Shown here piece by piece: positions 17,040-27,431 of a stretch of 64,000 nt of DNA. Every line of letters starts with the position of its first letter. Within the stretch, counting starts at the first letter, position 1. The translations under genes and the position numbers were made by a program. Below the pieces are notes generated by a model. It had not been told where the DNA came from, did no database searches, and saw only the letters and a program-made list of their open reading frames with translations. The stretch comes from a bacterium (GTDB taxonomy: Bacteria; Patescibacteriota; Microgenomatia; UBA12405), in contig JAKQJL010000025.1 of NCBI GenBank assembly GCA_029561175.1, positions 3,582-67,581 on the forward strand, given 5' to 3'.

Positions 17040-19367
17040 TTAAAGTCTTGCTCTCTTTGCAATTTCGGCTTCAATAATCTCTCTTGGTTTACCGTATTTT
17101 AAGGCCGAAAGACGTTTAATCATTGCCGCTAACTCTGGGTTACCTGGTTTCTTCTTTTCTATTGCTGCCACGTTCAATGAAAACGGCGATTTAGGCACTC
17201 CGTTAACTATTGTTTTCATATATATTTCTCCAGTTCCCAAATTTAGCAAATCATGTTCACTAAATTCTGGTTGAAATTGTTTCACCAAAAATCCTGCATC
17301 CGAAATACCCACTCTAAAGCTCGAAATTGTACCCACGTTTCCAAATACCGCGTTTTTAACTTCGTCATCCATCTGGGAAATAAACTGGTTAGCCACAATC
17401 AAATTTAAATGATATTTTCTAGCTTCGCTCATGATCACTGCAAAATCTTGAGTCGCAAAGTTTTGGAACTCGTCCACGTATAAGTAGAAATCTCGTCGTT
17501 GTTCTTCTGGAGTATCCTGCCGGCTCATGGCTGCCATTAAAATTTTTGGAATCAGCACCAGTCCTAAGAATGCCGAGTTCTCTTCTCCAATCGTTCCTTT
17601 AGCCAGGTTGATAATCAAAATCTTACCCTCATCCATAGCCCGTCTAAAATTAAAAGCCGACACCCCTTGACCAATAATATTTCTCATCATCGTGTTGGTA
17701 ATAAATCGGCCAAATTTCGACACAATATAGTCCAACACTTCCGATTTATGGAATTCATTAGTGTTGGCAATTTGATCAGTCCAATATCTTTTCACCATCG
17801 GGTCATTAACTTTTGGGAGCAAATACTGAACATAAGAAGGATCAGTTAAACAGCGAACAATTTCAATAAAAGTCGCTCCTGGTTCAGTCATTACCGTCAA
17901 CATAATATTTCTAATTGCATGTTCAAATCTTGGGCCCACGATACCAGTTTTATAAGGATCGTAAAGTTTATACATTAAGTTAATAATTGAAGAAGTCACA
18001 AAATCTTTCTGATCATCACGTTCGCACTCCATCACATTAAAACCCATCGGTCTTTCTGTTTGGCTTGGGTCAAAATAAATCACATCATCAATTCTTTCTG
18101 GTGGAATTCTCTCTAAAATACTTTCAAAAGTATCATGAGGATCAATAAAACATACTCCTTTTCCGGCTTTAATATCTTGCAAGGCCATATCTGCTAACAA
18201 CCAAGATTTACCCACACCGGTTTGTCCGACAATATAAAAATGACGTTGTCGGTCGCTTGGGCTCATACAGTATTTCGTTTTTACTCCTCGATAATAATTA
18301 TCGCCAATATACAATCCATCTTGAAAAGCATCCGATGGTGCCGGTGCTTTTTTTGCTTTTAGCCAATAAATATTTGGAGTCGAAATCGATTTATTGGGTA
18401 AATGAAAAATCGATGCCAATTCGTCCGAAGACAAAATTGTCTTACCTTTGTGCCACCACATTGCCGGATATTTATAAATAAAATCAGTCATAAACATCCC
18501 CTTCAACCAAATTTTTCTCGATGATAGTTTGTTCCATGGGCTTTCAAATTGCCCAAAAACAGCCTTAACATTCGAAATATTCATCTTAGCGATTTCTTCC
18601 GAAGGTGCAAACGATACTACTCTAATTGCCACTTCAAATCCCACCTTACTACATTTGGTATCAATCGCTTCTAACTGTTTGGCATCAACTTTGTAACTGG
18701 CTTTTTCTGGGTTAGCTTCACTTTTTTTAGTTCCACTCACAAATCCTTTTCCAGATTTTGCCCACTTGCCATCTGTTGGTGAGACAACTAATTGTATGGC
18801 CACACTCTCGCCCTTAGATATTTTTGATAACGCCGAAGTTAATGCTGCCAATGAATCAGTTGGAATTTCTCGGAAAGTTTTTAAAGGATAAAAAGGATTC
18901 TTTTTAATTCCCAACCAGGCAAATTCTGCCTTGCCTTCAGCCATATAAATATTTGGTTCATCAACCACCTTAACTTCGCCGCCGGCATAAATCGAATAGA
19001 TCTGTTTTTCAATTAAATCTCGATACTTTTTAGGAGTAGAAATATAAAATCTAATATCCTCATTTGTCCCTACTATTTCCAAAGAAATACTTGGTTGAGC
19101 TACAAAAGTTTGTAGCCATTTAAATTTGGCACTTTTATACAAGCTCGAAAACGATGCAATAATTTGTTCCATGGCATCAATCTTTACCTCGTTTTCTTCT
19201 GGTACTGCAATCAACAATGTTTCCATTTCCAAAGATTTTTTTTCTCGGTCTCGCCATCGGTACCAAGTGGTCACTGCAATCCATAAAGCCAACACTATCA
19301 ATCCGGCTATCAACAACAATAGCATGTACCCAAAAACCGTTAATAATAGTGTATTAATATCAATCAT
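17040..19367 (-). CDS. type IV coupling protein-like ATPase (VirD4/TraG/TrwB-like, FtsK-HerA superfamily) with N-terminal TM helices
   Basis: 775 aa. Two N-terminal TM helices; Walker A FYIVGQTGVGKSWLL followed by CFIDPHD (as in TrwB_AAD_bind); Walker B-like LYVDEFQNF. Confidence 0.55.
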   Translation of the reverse strand: MIDINTLLLTVFGYMLLLLIAGLIVLALWIAVTTWYRWRDREKKSLEMETLLIAVPEENEVKIDAMEQIIASFSSLYKSAKFKWLQTFVAQPSISLEIVGTNEDIRFYISTPKKYRDLIEKQIYSIYAGGEVKVVDEPNIYMAEGKAEFAWLGIKKNPFYPLKTFREIPTDSLAALTSALSKISKGESVAIQLVVSPTDGKWAKSGKGFVSGTKKSEANPEKASYKVDAKQLEAIDTKCSKVGFEVAIRVVSFAPSEEIAKMNISNVKAVFGQFESPWNKLSSRKIWLKGMFMTDFIYKYPAMWWHKGKTILSSDELASIFHLPNKSISTPNIYWLKAKKAPAPSDAFQDGLYIGDNYYRGVKTKYCMSPSDRQRHFYIVGQTGVGKSWLLADMALQDIKAGKGVCFIDPHDTFESILERIPPERIDDVIYFDPSQTERPMGFNVMECERDDQKDFVTSSIINLMYKLYDPYKTGIVGPRFEHAIRNIMLTVMTEPGATFIEIVRCLTDPSYVQYLLPKVNDPMVKRYWTDQIANTNEFHKSEVLDYIVSKFGRFITNTMMRNIIGQGVSAFNFRRAMDEGKILIINLAKGTIGEENSAFLGLVLIPKILMAAMSRQDTPEEQRRDFYLYVDEFQNFATQDFAVIMSEARKYHLNLIVANQFISQMDDEVKNAVFGNVGTISSFRVGISDAGFLVKQFQPEFSEHDLLNLGTGEIYMKTIVNGVPKSPFSLNVAAIEKKKPGNPELAAMIKRLSALKYGKPREIIEAEIAKRARL

Positions 19368-19702
19368 TCGTCTTCAAATTTTACCCTAGCTTCATTAATT
19401 TTAATTAATCTCAAAATAAATACCGATAGCCATCTAGCTGCTGTCGAAACTGGGCTTTTAAACCCAGCGGCAAATCTTTTTTTACCAATTGGTAATTTTA
19501 TTTTTGGTTTGGCAATTTTAAAATCATCATTGCTGGCTGTTTGATTAATTTGAGTTGGTGCACTTGGGGCTTCTTCCACTTTTTGCATCCAAGTTTTTAC
19601 CTCTTTAGGAACTTCAGATGACTTTCTCAAATCCACCAAAACATCCGCCTCTTTTGCAACTGGCTTTTCGCTGATTGTTATCCCTTCTTTATTACCTATC
19701 AT
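19364..19702 (-). CDS. hypothetical protein translationally coupled to the T4CP-like gene
   Basis: 112 aa. Its stop overlaps the downstream start by 4 nt (ATGA); Lys-rich with a C-terminal amphipathic/hydrophobic segment. Confidence 0.35.
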   Translation of the reverse strand: MIGNKEGITISEKPVAKEADVLVDLRKSSEVPKEVKTWMQKVEEAPSAPTQINQTASNDDFKIAKPKIKLPIGKKRFAAGFKSPVSTAARWLSVFILRLIKINEARVKFEDE

Positions 19703-19747
19703 AACTAATAAAAAAGTATAACCTAAACTCGTATATAATTCCCATAC

Positions 19748-20896
19748 ATGGCAACAACTTCGTTTACTGAAATTAGGCGTATCGACAACAGTCGTCTCTT
19801 CATGCCTTTGCTCACCACCGTTTTGGTAATTTTTATTATTTTAATTAGCATTTGGTTTTTTCGTGGTGGCAGCTTTCGTCTCTATGCCTCGGTATTTTTC
19901 ACTCTCTACAATTTAACTGGTCAAGTTTGGATTTCAGTGCTGTTAATTGGTATTGTTCAAAACGTAGTTTTTTTGCCCATGCGTTTCATTGGTCTCAAGC
20001 TGTCAACCTCGCTCCATGCTTTTGAAGATGAGCTCGAAAAGCAAAAATCCGAAGAACAACAGTATTTTTTATTTACTCAACAAGTTAAGAGGGGGAATCC
20101 GGCAATTATCTTTTTTATTTTTAGTTTTATTGTTAATGCTATTGCTTTTTTCTCAGCCGGTCGAATTTTTTTAATCGATTTTTATGCTCAAAAACTAAAT
20201 CCCCACTATTTATATAGCTTTGTAAAATATCCCGACTATCCGCTTTTAGGCACCGATTTTCATTTTCCTTTTATTAAAATTACCCAAACCTATTCTTTGC
20301 CTTGGAATCAAATTTTCACCATTTGGGGGTATGTTCTTATCGCCCTAATCGTTCCTCGGCTTATTTGGCGTTTGGTTAAATTTATTTTTTGGAAAAATCA
20401 AAGAATTCTTTCGGCTAGAATCAACTATAATCGAATTATTTTAAAATTCATGGGTTTTGCTGGTACTCTGTTTATTCTGTCCCTCTTTTTTCTTAGAAAT
20501 ATTCCCACTTCTTTTCAAACCCTCACTCTAGTTGCCGATCTTACTCGCCAGAACACCACCATGAATTTTATTACCGCGGTGGGAACTTTTATCACCGCTC
20601 TTCATGCCGGCTACACTCGCGAGCGGATTGCTGCCAAAAAAGCTTTGGCTGCTGGTATCGACAAAGAAATTATTAAACGAGCTACTCGAACCAATATTCG
20701 AATGTCTTTTCGCAACGCCATTGTTTTAGGTGCTGGTGCCTTTTTGGTTACCAATCAAATTCCCTGTGCTTTTGAACTGTCTGTGGCCACCTTTGAAGTT
20801 CTCTACATTCTTTCTCCCTATACTTTCGATAGAATACTAGTTGGAGTTAGCAATTCAGTAAAACCTCAAAATGAACCAGTCGCCCCAACCACTTAA
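19748..20896 (+). CDS. polytopic membrane protein, possibly a YidC/Oxa1-like insertase
   Basis: 382 aa with multiple TM helices. The segment VWISVLLIGIVQNVVFLPMRFIGLK...EDELEKQK resembles the YidC TM2-coiled region. Weak call. Confidence 0.3.
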   Translation: MATTSFTEIRRIDNSRLFMPLLTTVLVIFIILISIWFFRGGSFRLYASVFFTLYNLTGQVWISVLLIGIVQNVVFLPMRFIGLKLSTSLHAFEDELEKQKSEEQQYFLFTQQVKRGNPAIIFFIFSFIVNAIAFFSAGRIFLIDFYAQKLNPHYLYSFVKYPDYPLLGTDFHFPFIKITQTYSLPWNQIFTIWGYVLIALIVPRLIWRLVKFIFWKNQRILSARINYNRIILKFMGFAGTLFILSLFFLRNIPTSFQTLTLVADLTRQNTTMNFITAVGTFITALHAGYTRERIAAKKALAAGIDKEIIKRATRTNIRMSFRNAIVLGAGAFLVTNQIPCAFELSVATFEVLYILSPYTFDRILVGVSNSVKPQNEPVAPTT

Positions 20897-21932
20897 TTTT
20901 TTAGAAGTTTTAGCCCAAACCAAAACTTCTGTTTGGCCCTTTATTCAAAAATATTTAGTTCAATCGCTTCAATTTCCAGAATTTTGCCAAATCGATCCCA
21001 AGTATCAACCCGAGCTCGATTTTCATCAGCAAATAATTTCCGACTACCCAACTCGTCAGGGCAAATATCTTCGGCCTACCTTGGTGGTCAATACTGCTCT
21101 TTCCATGGGTGAAAGTTTAGAAAAAGTAATTCCGGTGGCCGCCGCCATGCAACTTTCCGAAGAATGGATTTTAATTCACGATGATATTGAAGACGATTCT
21201 CTAGAACGTCGAGGTGCCCCCACTCTCCATCGACAAATCGGTAAAGAATTAGCCCTTAATGCTGGCGATTCGCTCCATGTCATTATGTGGAAAATGATTT
21301 TTGATTATCAAAACCCCAAAATTACCGAAGAATTTTATCATTTACTTAATCGAACCACCTTTGGCCAAACTATTGATATCAACTGGACTAAAACCAACAA
21401 AACCGATCTTACTGATGAAGATGTTTTACTAATTTTAGAAAGTAAAACTTGTTACTACACCATTTCTGGCCCAATGCGTTTGGGAGCTATTGTGGCTGGT
21501 GCTTCTGTTGATCAATTAAATCAAATATATCTGTTTGGTCGCTATCTTGGTCGTGCTTTTCAAATAATCGACGATGTGCTCGATCTAACCTCAGATTTTT
21601 CAGGTCTCAAAAAACAACCATTCAACGACCTTTATGAGGGAAAACGAACTATAATCTTATCCCACCTTCTAAGAACGGCCTCTCCTTCAGAAAAAAAGGA
21701 AATTATCGAAATCCTTTCCAAAACTCGTGATCAAAAATCCGAAGTAGAAGTAAATCGAATCTTTAGCTTAATCACCCAATATCATTCTCTCGACTATGCC
21801 AAAGAATTGGCTCAACAATTTGCCGCTCAAGCTAAAAAAATCCTCTCAGACGATCTAGGTTTTATTAAAGTCGAGCCCTATCGCCATCAACTCGAGATGG
21901 CCATCGATTTTATTATCAACCGCCAACATTAA
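20871..21932 (+). CDS. polyprenyl (geranylgeranyl/farnesyl) diphosphate synthase
   Basis: FARM LIHDDIEDDSLERRGAPTLH and SARM FQIIDDVLDL motifs. Confidence 0.8.
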   Translation: MNQSPQPLNFLEVLAQTKTSVWPFIQKYLVQSLQFPEFCQIDPKYQPELDFHQQIISDYPTRQGKYLRPTLVVNTALSMGESLEKVIPVAAAMQLSEEWILIHDDIEDDSLERRGAPTLHRQIGKELALNAGDSLHVIMWKMIFDYQNPKITEEFYHLLNRTTFGQTIDINWTKTNKTDLTDEDVLLILESKTCYYTISGPMRLGAIVAGASVDQLNQIYLFGRYLGRAFQIIDDVLDLTSDFSGLKKQPFNDLYEGKRTIILSHLLRTASPSEKKEIIEILSKTRDQKSEVEVNRIFSLITQYHSLDYAKELAQQFAAQAKKILSDDLGFIKVEPYRHQLEMAIDFIINRQH

Positions 21933-21946
21933 AAAGTAGCTTTACG

Positions 21947-21985
21947 AACTTTATTAACTTTATTAACTTTATTAACTTTATAAAC
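21947..21985. repeat. 9-bp tandem repeat (AACTTTATT x4.3) immediately upstream of the dnaG start codon
   Basis: AACTTTATT AACTTTATT AACTTTATT AACTTTATA AAC, followed 2 nt later by the dnaG ATG. Confidence 0.6.
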
Positions 21986-21987
21986 TG

Positions 21988-23766
21988 ATGACTTCTCAAG
22001 TCGAAGAAATTAAAAAAAAGCTCGATATCATTGATGTCATCAATCGCTATCTACCACTAAAAAAACGTGGCCGCCATCATGTTGCCTGTTGTCCTTTTCA
22101 TGGTGAAAAAACTCCTTCTTTTACTGTCTCTCCCGAACTTCAAATTTTCAAATGTTTTGGTTGTGGTAAATCGGGTGATGTTTTTACTTTTCTTCAAGAA
22201 TTCGAACGAATCGATTTTCGAGAAGCTCTCGAAGAACTTGCTAAACTTGCTGGTGTTAAGCTCGAGCATTCTGAAGGTCTAACTCAGTCAGATGCCAAAA
22301 AACGAGTTTTTTTGGAAATCAATCATCAATTAGCTCGTTTTTACACCTATATACTAACTTCCCATCCTTTGGGTAAAAAAGCTTTGGAATATGTTTTAAA
22401 CCGTGGTATCAATCTCGACACTATCAAGCAGTTTCGTCTCGGCTATGCCCCAGCCAATTCTCAGCTCACCATCAATTATCTTTTAAAAAAGGGCTATCAA
22501 GTTTCAGATCTAATCGCCACCGGCACTTTTGGCCAAAGCCAATATAATCAACGTCTTTACGATCGTTTTTCCGACCGGTTAACTTTTGCCCTGTGTGATT
22601 TTCGTGATCGAATTTTAGGTTTTTCTGGTCGAGTTTTGCCAGGGGCCAAGCCAGAATTGGCCAAATATATCAACTCTCCCGAAACCGAACTCTATCATAA
22701 ATCACACACTCTTTTTGGTCTCAACCTTTCTCGTCAAGCCATTAAAGAAAAGAAGTCGGTAATTGTGGTTGAAGGGGAGTTTGATTTAATTTCGCCCTAC
22801 CAGTCAGGTGTCAAAAATATTGTCGCCATCAAAGGCACTGCCTTCACTCAAGATCAACTTCAACTCCTTTCTCGTTATACCGACACTCTCATTCTTGGTC
22901 TCGATTCCGATTTTGCTGGCACCAATGCTGCCAAAAAGAGCATTGAAATGGCCGATGATATGGGGTTCGATATCCAAGTCCTCACTCTTGGTGATCAGTA
23001 TAAAGATCCCGATGAAGCCATTCGGGCCGATGCTCAGTTCTTTTATTCTCAGCTCGAAAAAACTCTCCCAATTTGGGATTTCATTATTCAATCAGCCGTT
23101 AAGTCCTATGGTATCGATACTATCAAAGGCAAGAAACAAATTCTTCAAACCGTGATTCCGTTTATCAATAAAATTTCCAATCAAGTTATTAGGTCAGATT
23201 ATTTTCAGAAGCTGGCTCAAGTCATTGGTTCTACCACCGAAAGTATTATTCAAGAATCAAAACATTATTCAACTACTCCGGTTGTTTCCTTATCCACCCC
23301 AATTACCAAAACCGAAACTCCTCCTCAAAAAATTGAAAAATTAGAAGAATATCTTCTAACTTTAATATTTTCTTCTCCCAAACCATTAATTCTTCTCCCC
23401 AAAGTTTTAGCTCATCTTAGTTTTACCACTTCTCGATTCAATCAAATCATTAGTTCTCTCTCAACTCTCAAAAAATTTAAGCCTCAAAAACTTTCTGCCC
23501 TTCTTGCTCCCGAAATTGAGCCTACTTTTATCAATCTCTATCTTCAGGCTACCGAAATTAAGCTTGAAGCTCCCAGTCGCCGATTAGAAATCGAAAAAGT
23601 AATCAATCAAATAAAAGGCCTAAAGTATCGGCAAACACTCTTAGAAATCAGTCAAAAAATTGCTAGTGCTGAAACCCTCAATCAGCAATCCGACCTAACG
23701 TCTCTCGAAAATGAATACAATCAAACTCTAAATTTACTCCAAAAACTAAATCAAACGAAGTTGTAG
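21988..23766 (+). CDS. dnaG: DNA primase
   Basis: Zinc-finger CPFHGEKTPSFTV...FKCFGCGKSGD followed by a TOPRIM region (VVVEGEFDLIS). Confidence 0.85.
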   Translation: MTSQVEEIKKKLDIIDVINRYLPLKKRGRHHVACCPFHGEKTPSFTVSPELQIFKCFGCGKSGDVFTFLQEFERIDFREALEELAKLAGVKLEHSEGLTQSDAKKRVFLEINHQLARFYTYILTSHPLGKKALEYVLNRGINLDTIKQFRLGYAPANSQLTINYLLKKGYQVSDLIATGTFGQSQYNQRLYDRFSDRLTFALCDFRDRILGFSGRVLPGAKPELAKYINSPETELYHKSHTLFGLNLSRQAIKEKKSVIVVEGEFDLISPYQSGVKNIVAIKGTAFTQDQLQLLSRYTDTLILGLDSDFAGTNAAKKSIEMADDMGFDIQVLTLGDQYKDPDEAIRADAQFFYSQLEKTLPIWDFIIQSAVKSYGIDTIKGKKQILQTVIPFINKISNQVIRSDYFQKLAQVIGSTTESIIQESKHYSTTPVVSLSTPITKTETPPQKIEKLEEYLLTLIFSSPKPLILLPKVLAHLSFTTSRFNQIISSLSTLKKFKPQKLSALLAPEIEPTFINLYLQATEIKLEAPSRRLEIEKVINQIKGLKYRQTLLEISQKIASAETLNQQSDLTSLENEYNQTLNLLQKLNQTKL

Positions 23767-23776
23767 ACTATTTTAA

Positions 23777-24889
23777 TTGTTTCTTATACAATACAACCTG
23801 ATGCCAGCATCTCTCGATTTCTCCAAGGTAAAACAATACCTTGTTAAACAGGCAAAAAAGTTACACTACTTGACACAAGACGAGATTTTGGCGCAAGTCC
23901 CCGAACCAGAACGATATATTGATGAATTAGATCTCCTTTTTGACTACCTTTTCGACAAAGGTATCGATGTTTTTGATCGAGTCGAATCCCAACAATCAAT
24001 TCTCGAAGCAAAAAAAGATAAATTAAGTAATTCCGATCTCCTCTCACTTTTAACTCAAAAAACATCGGTAGATTCGGTCAGAATGTACCTCAAAGAAATT
24101 GGTAAAATTGATCTATTAACCTTCGATCAAGAAGTTTCTCTTGCAAAAGATATTGAAAAAGGCTCCGAAGAATCACGAGACGACCTTATTAATGCCAACT
24201 TACGTTTAGTTGTTTCTATTGCCAAAAAATATATTGGTCGTGGTCTATCTTTTCTCGATTTAGTTCAAGAAGGTAATCAAGGTTTAATGCGCGCTGTCGA
24301 AAAATTCGATTGGAAACGTGGTTTCAAATTCTCTACTTATGCTACTTGGTGGATTCGTCAAGCTATTACTCGTGCCATTGCCGATCAGGCTAAAACCATC
24401 CGTATTCCCGTCCATATGGTTGAAACCATCAATAAAGTTTACAAAGCCACCAGAGCTTTAACTCAAAAATTTGGTCACGAACCTACTATCGAACAAATTG
24501 CTCAAGAAGTTGGTATTAGTGTTGATAAAGTCGAAGAAATTTATCGAATCTCTCAAGATACTACTTCACTTGCCACTCCAGTCGGCGACGATGAAGATTC
24601 ATTTCTCGGCGATTTTATCGAAGACACCACTCAGCCATCTCCTTATGAAGAAACTAGTGCCGAACTTTTACGCGAATCAATCGAAGAAGTTTTGGGTTCT
24701 CTCGACGAGCGCGAAGCCAAAGTTCTCTCGCTTCGTTTTGGTCTTTTAGGGGAAACTCCAAAAACACTCGAAGAAGTCGGAAAAATCTTTAACGTTACCC
24801 GCGAACGTATTCGTCAAATCGAAGCCAAAGCCCTTCGCAAACTTCGTCATCCATCTCGCCGTAAAAAACTTCAGGACTATTTAGAATAA
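23777..24889 (+). CDS. rpoD: RNA polymerase sigma-70 factor
   Basis: Region 2 [44 protein letters not shown]; regions 3/4 with an HTH ([28 protein letters not shown]). Confidence 0.9.
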   Translation: MFLIQYNLMPASLDFSKVKQYLVKQAKKLHYLTQDEILAQVPEPERYIDELDLLFDYLFDKGIDVFDRVESQQSILEAKKDKLSNSDLLSLLTQKTSVDSVRMYLKEIGKIDLLTFDQEVSLAKDIEKGSEESRDDLINANLRLVVSIAKKYIGRGLSFLDLVQEGNQGLMRAVEKFDWKRGFKFSTYATWWIRQAITRAIADQAKTIRIPVHMVETINKVYKATRALTQKFGHEPTIEQIAQEVGISVDKVEEIYRISQDTTSLATPVGDDEDSFLGDFIEDTTQPSPYEETSAELLRESIEEVLGSLDEREAKVLSLRFGLLGETPKTLEEVGKIFNVTRERIRQIEAKALRKLRHPSRRKKLQDYLE

Positions 24890-24892
24890 AAA

Positions 24893-25330
24893 CTATTTAC
24901 CCGCCGAAGCTTTAGCGTAGGTGGGCAGGATTATCTCGAATAATTCTCCATAACCAACTGTTTTCACTTCCTTTTTCACCAAGTATAAGAACATTTTAAT
25001 TACTGCCGAATGCGAAACCACCAATACTGTTTCTTTCTCATGATCATATTTCAAATCATCTAAAAACAACTCAACTCGTTTTTTTAGTTTTTCCAAACTT
25101 TCTTTTTTCATCTTCGGTCGAACTAATGAAGAAAAGGCGATTTTAATATCATCATCTCTTAATCTTAAAATTTCATCCAAAGTTTGTTCTGCGCGGTTAG
25201 TGTTCGAGCAATAAATAGCGTCAATCTGGGTAGCTTTCAAATTCTCAGCCGCCGATATTGCCTGTTTTACACCTTTAATTGTTAAGTCGCCTTCAAAGGC
25301 TTCACCGTGTCTCACTAGAATTAATTTCAT
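24893..25330 (-). CDS. histidine phosphatase (phosphoglycerate mutase) family protein
   Basis: MKLILVRHGEA... contains the RHG catalytic motif; 145 aa. Confidence 0.65.
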   Translation of the reverse strand: MKLILVRHGEAFEGDLTIKGVKQAISAAENLKATQIDAIYCSNTNRAEQTLDEILRLRDDDIKIAFSSLVRPKMKKESLEKLKKRVELFLDDLKYDHEKETVLVVSHSAVIKMFLYLVKKEVKTVGYGELFEIILPTYAKASAGK

Positions 25331-25436
25331 GCCGATATTTTACAACAGATTTACTCAAATGATGTATAAAAAGAATCCAAAAAATGAATGATTATAGAAA
25401 ATAGTTTTATTCCAATACTAATCAAAGAATTATTTT

Positions 25437-25811
25437 TCAACTTTTCCATAATCCGTGAAGATTACAGTAGCTAAAAACTTCAACATCATTTTCAACCCCT
25501 TCAAAGTTTACTTTGGGTTCTTCGTTGGGTTTTAAGAATTTTATTCTTATTTCACCATTCAAAATTATTCCTATCCATTCAATAAAATGTCCTTCTTCCA
25601 TTGGGTGAGCCACCGATCCAACTTTAACTTCAATTCCATTGGCAGTTTTTTCTACCACTGGTAAATGTTTTTCAAAACCAACATCTTCAATTTTCGGTTC
25701 CAACAATTGCATTGGTTGGCCACAGCAAACCAATTGGCCGTTTCCTTCATGTAAAACTCCCACTACATTTCCACAAATCGGGCATCGATATATCTGATAT
25801 TTATTTGTCAT
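25437..25811 (-). CDS. dfx: desulfoferrodoxin (superoxide reductase, class I with N-terminal desulforedoxin domain)
   Basis: N-terminal CPICGN...CCGQPM (Dx-type FeS4 site) and C-terminal SOR domain (HPMEEGHFIEWI...CNLHGLW). Confidence 0.8.
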   Translation of the reverse strand: MTNKYQIYRCPICGNVVGVLHEGNGQLVCCGQPMQLLEPKIEDVGFEKHLPVVEKTANGIEVKVGSVAHPMEEGHFIEWIGIILNGEIRIKFLKPNEEPKVNFEGVENDVEVFSYCNLHGLWKS

Positions 25812-25830
25812 TAATCAACTATAACACTAT

Positions 25831-26070
25831 TTATTTTTTATCTTCTGGGCTCAACCACTTGCTTAGAACTGTAAAGAAATACAACACTGCAGTTATTGTA
25901 ATGAAAGAACTTATCCATACAATTAAATATTGATCCCAAGAATGTAGGTTGCAGGTGGTGTTGCTTTTATCAATACACCCCAACCAACTAAAAACAGTAA
26001 GCAAAAAGCTTATAACCAAACCCCATCTAATTGGTTTCCAACTACCTGTATGTACCGGTAAAATAATCAT
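25831..26070 (-). CDS. small membrane protein, hypothetical
   Basis: 79 aa with two predicted TM helices, immediately upstream of dfx on the same strand. Confidence 0.3.
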   Translation of the reverse strand: MIILPVHTGSWKPIRWGLVISFLLTVFSWLGCIDKSNTTCNLHSWDQYLIVWISSFITITAVLYFFTVLSKWLSPEDKK

Positions 26071-26164
26071 TTTCTAATTATAAACTATTAAAAATATTTT
26101 TAGACTCAATCATCTGATCAATAATTTCTTTAACAAGTAAATCTGTATTTGTTAATATTATTAC

Positions 26165-27322
26165 ATGGATACTAACATTGAATCAAAAGAAAAATTATCG
26201 TTTATTAAGAATTTAATTACTCATTTGTTTTGGTTTGGTTTTGTTTTTACGATCATTCTTATTAGCTTTAGTAAATTAATTCTAATTCTAATTTTAATTA
26301 TATCTGCGTTTTCAATGATTCTATTTCCGGGGAGCCCAATTGATTTAGAACCTGTAGGTATTATTCCTTTTTTTACTTATGGGGCATTATTTGTTGCAAC
26401 TACTGTTGTTATTCGAATAGTAACTAGTAAGCATTATTTGAATTATATTTATTTCTTATTATTTTCACTTATTTCGGTAATATTTGAAAGTTTTTTAAGC
26501 TTTTTATTATGTTCAGGGTCATATTTTTGTACCAAAATGAGTATAAAAGAAGTTTTATTATCAATTATTACACAATATATAATCGTTATCGCTGCATTTT
26601 TGTTTTCCTTAATTTATAAAAGATCTATTTATTGGTTATTATTTATTTATTTTTCATTATTATTAATAATATTTCTTGGTTGGATGACTATTGGTGATTT
26701 TAACTTAAGGAAGAAATCATTTCTTTTCAATAAAGTAGCTCCTTCAAAATTTGAGACATATACTATTCCCGAAACATCTTTGTCATTCGTTATTCCCAAA
26801 ATATCACCAAGTACAAGAAAGTTATATTCTTTTAATTTTGATCGTGAAAAAATTACTCCAACAAATAATCAATTTGAAAATTATCCAAATTACAAAAATA
26901 TTTATGAAACCTATTTAGAAGAAAATAATCTGAAAAATATAGGTAATTATTATAATTATAGTATCCTTATTCCAAAAGACGATGCAATTTTTAAATCTGA
27001 TATAGAATTTTTAAATAGTTGTAGTTCAGAAGAAATTTGTGATGAAAAAGAAAACTTAATCAAATTAAACAATGGCGTAACCTATTGCAAAGCATATTCT
27101 CCAAACGAAAAACTTCAAAATGAATCTATGCCTTTTTTCCACAAGATACTATTGTTAACCAAAAGAATAAGAAATACTTATCTAGCCAAACCAACTAACG
27201 GATATCAATATTGTTTTGTCATGAGAGTATCCGCTGAATCTCGTTATGCAAAAAATTCAGTTATTGATGATCTTGTTAACTATACTTTAGAAAACAACTT
27301 TCTAAAAGTTTTAACTAAATAG
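26165..27322 (+). CDS. hypothetical polytopic membrane protein with Asn/Lys/Tyr-rich soluble C-terminal domain
   Basis: 385 aa: about 180 aa of hydrophobic helices followed by a roughly 200-aa low-complexity domain. DNA is markedly more AT-rich than neighbouring genes. Confidence 0.45.
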   Translation: MDTNIESKEKLSFIKNLITHLFWFGFVFTIILISFSKLILILILIISAFSMILFPGSPIDLEPVGIIPFFTYGALFVATTVVIRIVTSKHYLNYIYFLLFSLISVIFESFLSFLLCSGSYFCTKMSIKEVLLSIITQYIIVIAAFLFSLIYKRSIYWLLFIYFSLLLIIFLGWMTIGDFNLRKKSFLFNKVAPSKFETYTIPETSLSFVIPKISPSTRKLYSFNFDREKITPTNNQFENYPNYKNIYETYLEENNLKNIGNYYNYSILIPKDDAIFKSDIEFLNSCSSEEICDEKENLIKLNNGVTYCKAYSPNEKLQNESMPFFHKILLLTKRIRNTYLAKPTNGYQYCFVMRVSAESRYAKNSVIDDLVNYTLENNFLKVLTK

Positions 27323-27431
27323 CGAGTCCAACCTTGCAAGAAATAACCATAAATCGCAACTTGTTTTTACAAGAACACAAAACAATCCGTAAATAACTGT
27401 AGATGATAATAAAAACATAGAATCTAAGTGT

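Noticed and set aside
24893-24935. GC-rich stretch at the 3' end of the histidine-phosphatase gene as another in-frame palindromic insert
   Set aside because: The sequence (CGCCGAAGCTTTAGCGTAGGTGGGCAGG) lacks the C-rich/TGTCAA/G-rich architecture and has no strong self-complementarity. It is probably just local codon choice.
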